Positions 62,626-64,000 of a DNA stretch of 64,000 nucleotides are shown here, in pieces. Positions within the stretch are counted from its first letter, which is position 1; each line of letters begins with the position of its first letter. The notes under the pieces were generated by a model. It did not search any database. It saw nothing but the letters and a program-made list of their open reading frames with translations, and was not told the DNA's origin. The translations under genes and the position numbers were made by a program. This stretch comes from Enterobacteria phage RB18, in sequence record NC_054906.1; one strand, 5' to 3'.

Positions 62626-62898
62626 TTATTTGTTCGTATACATCTCTAGATATCGATATACACCCTCAAAACCCTCGTTGAATTCGTCGATGAGGGTTTT
62701 CTTATCTTCTTGAGTTAATTCAGAAACAATTTTACGGAATGAATTCTGATTTAATTTTCTACCTTCATGCGTTACTCCAATCTCATTCAGAAATGCAATA
62801 AAATTAGCACGATTCTCAACAATATCTTCTCTGGAAAATTTAATCAAAATAGACGCAATAGTAATAATTTCACGAACTGTATCAATATTTTTATTCAT
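62626..62898 (-). CDS. asiA: Anti-sigma70 factor AsiA (90 aa)
   Basis: MNKNIDTVREIIT... sequence recognised; 90 aa. Confidence 0.93.
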   Translation of the reverse strand: MNKNIDTVREIITIASILIKFSREDIVENRANFIAFLNEIGVTHEGRKLNQNSFRKIVSELTQEDKKTLIDEFNEGFEGVYRYLEMYTNK

Positions 62899-62910
62899 TA
62901 ACTATACCAC

Positions 62911-63063
62911 TCAATTAGTTGACTTTGTTATAATATCATCAGACGCTTGATTTGTAAACTGGTCTGTGTTATTTTCTTCAAAAATTTTTTCTACGAATTC
63001 CTTGAACGACTCACGTTCCTGAGCTACATTATGCTCGATTACCATTTCAAGATTATGACTCAT
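62911..63063 (-). CDS. Small hypothetical protein (50 aa, acidic)
   Basis: Not in ORF track; ATG 63061-63063 overlaps arn stop (ATGA); translated by hand to MSHNLEMVIEHNVAQERESFKEF... Confidence 0.45.
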   Translation of the reverse strand: MSHNLEMVIEHNVAQERESFKEFVEKIFEENNTDQFTNQASDDIITKSTN

Positions 63064-63338
63064 TCGAAATAATCTTCAATTTCGTAATCATGGACATAAA
63101 ACATTATAGTTTTTAATACATCATCGATACTTTTTCCTGGAGCTGGAATTACGTAAAAATATCCTGCTTTTGAGAGGTCTTTATAAGTTCCAATCAAGAA
63201 ATCATTATTCTCGAGATGTAGTTCTTCAACTAATTCATTAACAATTGAGTGGTATAAATTTGGTAGAAACTTATATAGCTTTTCTAGAATATCAATTTTG
63301 ATTGTGTATTGAACCACAGACTGAGAATCAATAATCAT
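63060..63338 (-). CDS. arn: Anti-restriction nuclease protein Arn (92 aa)
   Basis: 92 aa acidic protein; sequence and position next to asiA. Confidence 0.88.
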   Translation of the reverse strand: MIIDSQSVVQYTIKIDILEKLYKFLPNLYHSIVNELVEELHLENNDFLIGTYKDLSKAGYFYVIPAPGKSIDDVLKTIMFYVHDYEIEDYFE

Positions 63339-63421
63339 AGACCTTCCCCTTATGTTTCTGTTTGCGATTAGATTCTTTAAACGCTTTCTTCTTATCTTTA
63401 TGAACAGAAGCTTTATTAAAA

Positions 63422-63640
63422 TTATGCTTTGCGACTAAATTGTTCATAGTGCTGAATTACCTCTCTCAAACATTTGCATGTGAATGAAAACTTTTTAGCT
63501 ACACCACATTCAAATATGTGTTCTCTTAAATCACATGTATCGGTATATCCCATCTCAACAATAAAATGCCGTATTAGATTTTTATCTTTATCATTGAGAG
63601 AATTAAAATAATCAGATTTTGAATTAATTTCCCTGGCCAA
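63422..63640 (-). CDS. Hypothetical Cys-containing protein (start uncertain; track start is TTG, first ATG is codon 29)
   Basis: Overlaps upstream ORF by 17 nt; CxxxxC...CxC residues. Confidence 0.4.
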   Translation of the reverse strand: MAREINSKSDYFNSLNDKDKNLIRHFIVEMGYTDTCDLREHIFECGVAKKFSFTCKCLREVIQHYEQFSRKA

Positions 63641-63920
63641 ATTGAATCACCTTCAGTTGACGTTTTAATTCTTTTATCATTTCTTCGTTCATCGCAATAT
63701 AAAGATCGCGTAAAGCAGGTTTTAGCATGTCATTTATTATAGAACTAAATGGACATACATAATCTTTTCCTACGAGCTTTTTGGTGAATTCCATATCACA
63801 GAACTTAAATCCCGGCTCATTGGTATAAATTCCCCAATTAGTTGACATCATTTTATTGGCATATTCTAGTGCCTGGATTTGATTCATAATTCCATCAATT
63901 TGAAACTTTTTAATATTCAT
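63624..63920 (-). CDS. Hypothetical protein (98 aa)
   Basis: ATG start overlapping upstream stop. Confidence 0.55.
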   Translation of the reverse strand: MNIKKFQIDGIMNQIQALEYANKMMSTNWGIYTNEPGFKFCDMEFTKKLVGKDYVCPFSSIINDMLKPALRDLYIAMNEEMIKELKRQLKVIQFGQGN

Positions 63921-64000
63921 TAGTAAAGGTCCTCAGAGTAAAGTTCTTTTTCACTACCACCACGTTCAATACGTACTTGTCCAGCGTAAGTTGCAATAAT
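63920..64000 (-). CDS. 3' end of a CDS whose start lies beyond the window (C-terminus ...GSEKELYSEDLY)
   Basis: Open frame from window edge to TAA at 63920-63922. Confidence 0.5.
   Translation of the reverse strand: MIATYAGQVRIERGGSEKELYSEDLY

Overview
This window is a contiguous, densely packed block of a T4-like myovirus genome (Tequatrovirus-type), collinear with phage T4 from gene 18 (tail sheath, truncated at the left edge) through the asiA/arn region. The calls rest on reading the six-frame translations against remembered T4 proteins and gene order; no database search was run. Plus-strand late modules are 18-19-20-67-68-21-22-23, 24, uvsW, 51-27-28-29-48-54 and 34-35-36-37-38-t. Minus-strand early/middle blocks are segD-like, rnlB, hoc, inh, uvsY-25-26, alt region, 30 and 30.x, rIII, 31, cd, pseT, spanins, alc, rnlA, denA, nrdB, nrdA, td, frd, 32, 59, 33, dsbA, rnh, asiA and arn. 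Regulatory signals are clear in the raw sequence: TATAAATA late promoters, GTTTAC(N18)TAnnnT early-type promoters, two MotA-box middle promoters, the gene 32 leader pseudoknot, and a family of GC-rich tetraloop hairpins at gene junctions. I found no single obviously novel multi-gene system; the window is mostly ordinary T-even core. The points that deviate from my memory of the T4 reference, or that the gene list does not explain, are: two intact tandem Alt-type ADP-ribosyltransferase genes; an extra ORF between frd and td; uninterrupted td and nrdB with no room for segE or segG; a T2-type gp37/gp38 adhesin module; a 54-bp leader repeat shared by the alt.-3-like gene and alc; inverted repeats bracketing the -10 of several early promoters; a NADAR-like gene beside a HAD-like hydrolase; and an acidic small-protein block upstream of gene 32. 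All need database or alignment confirmation.
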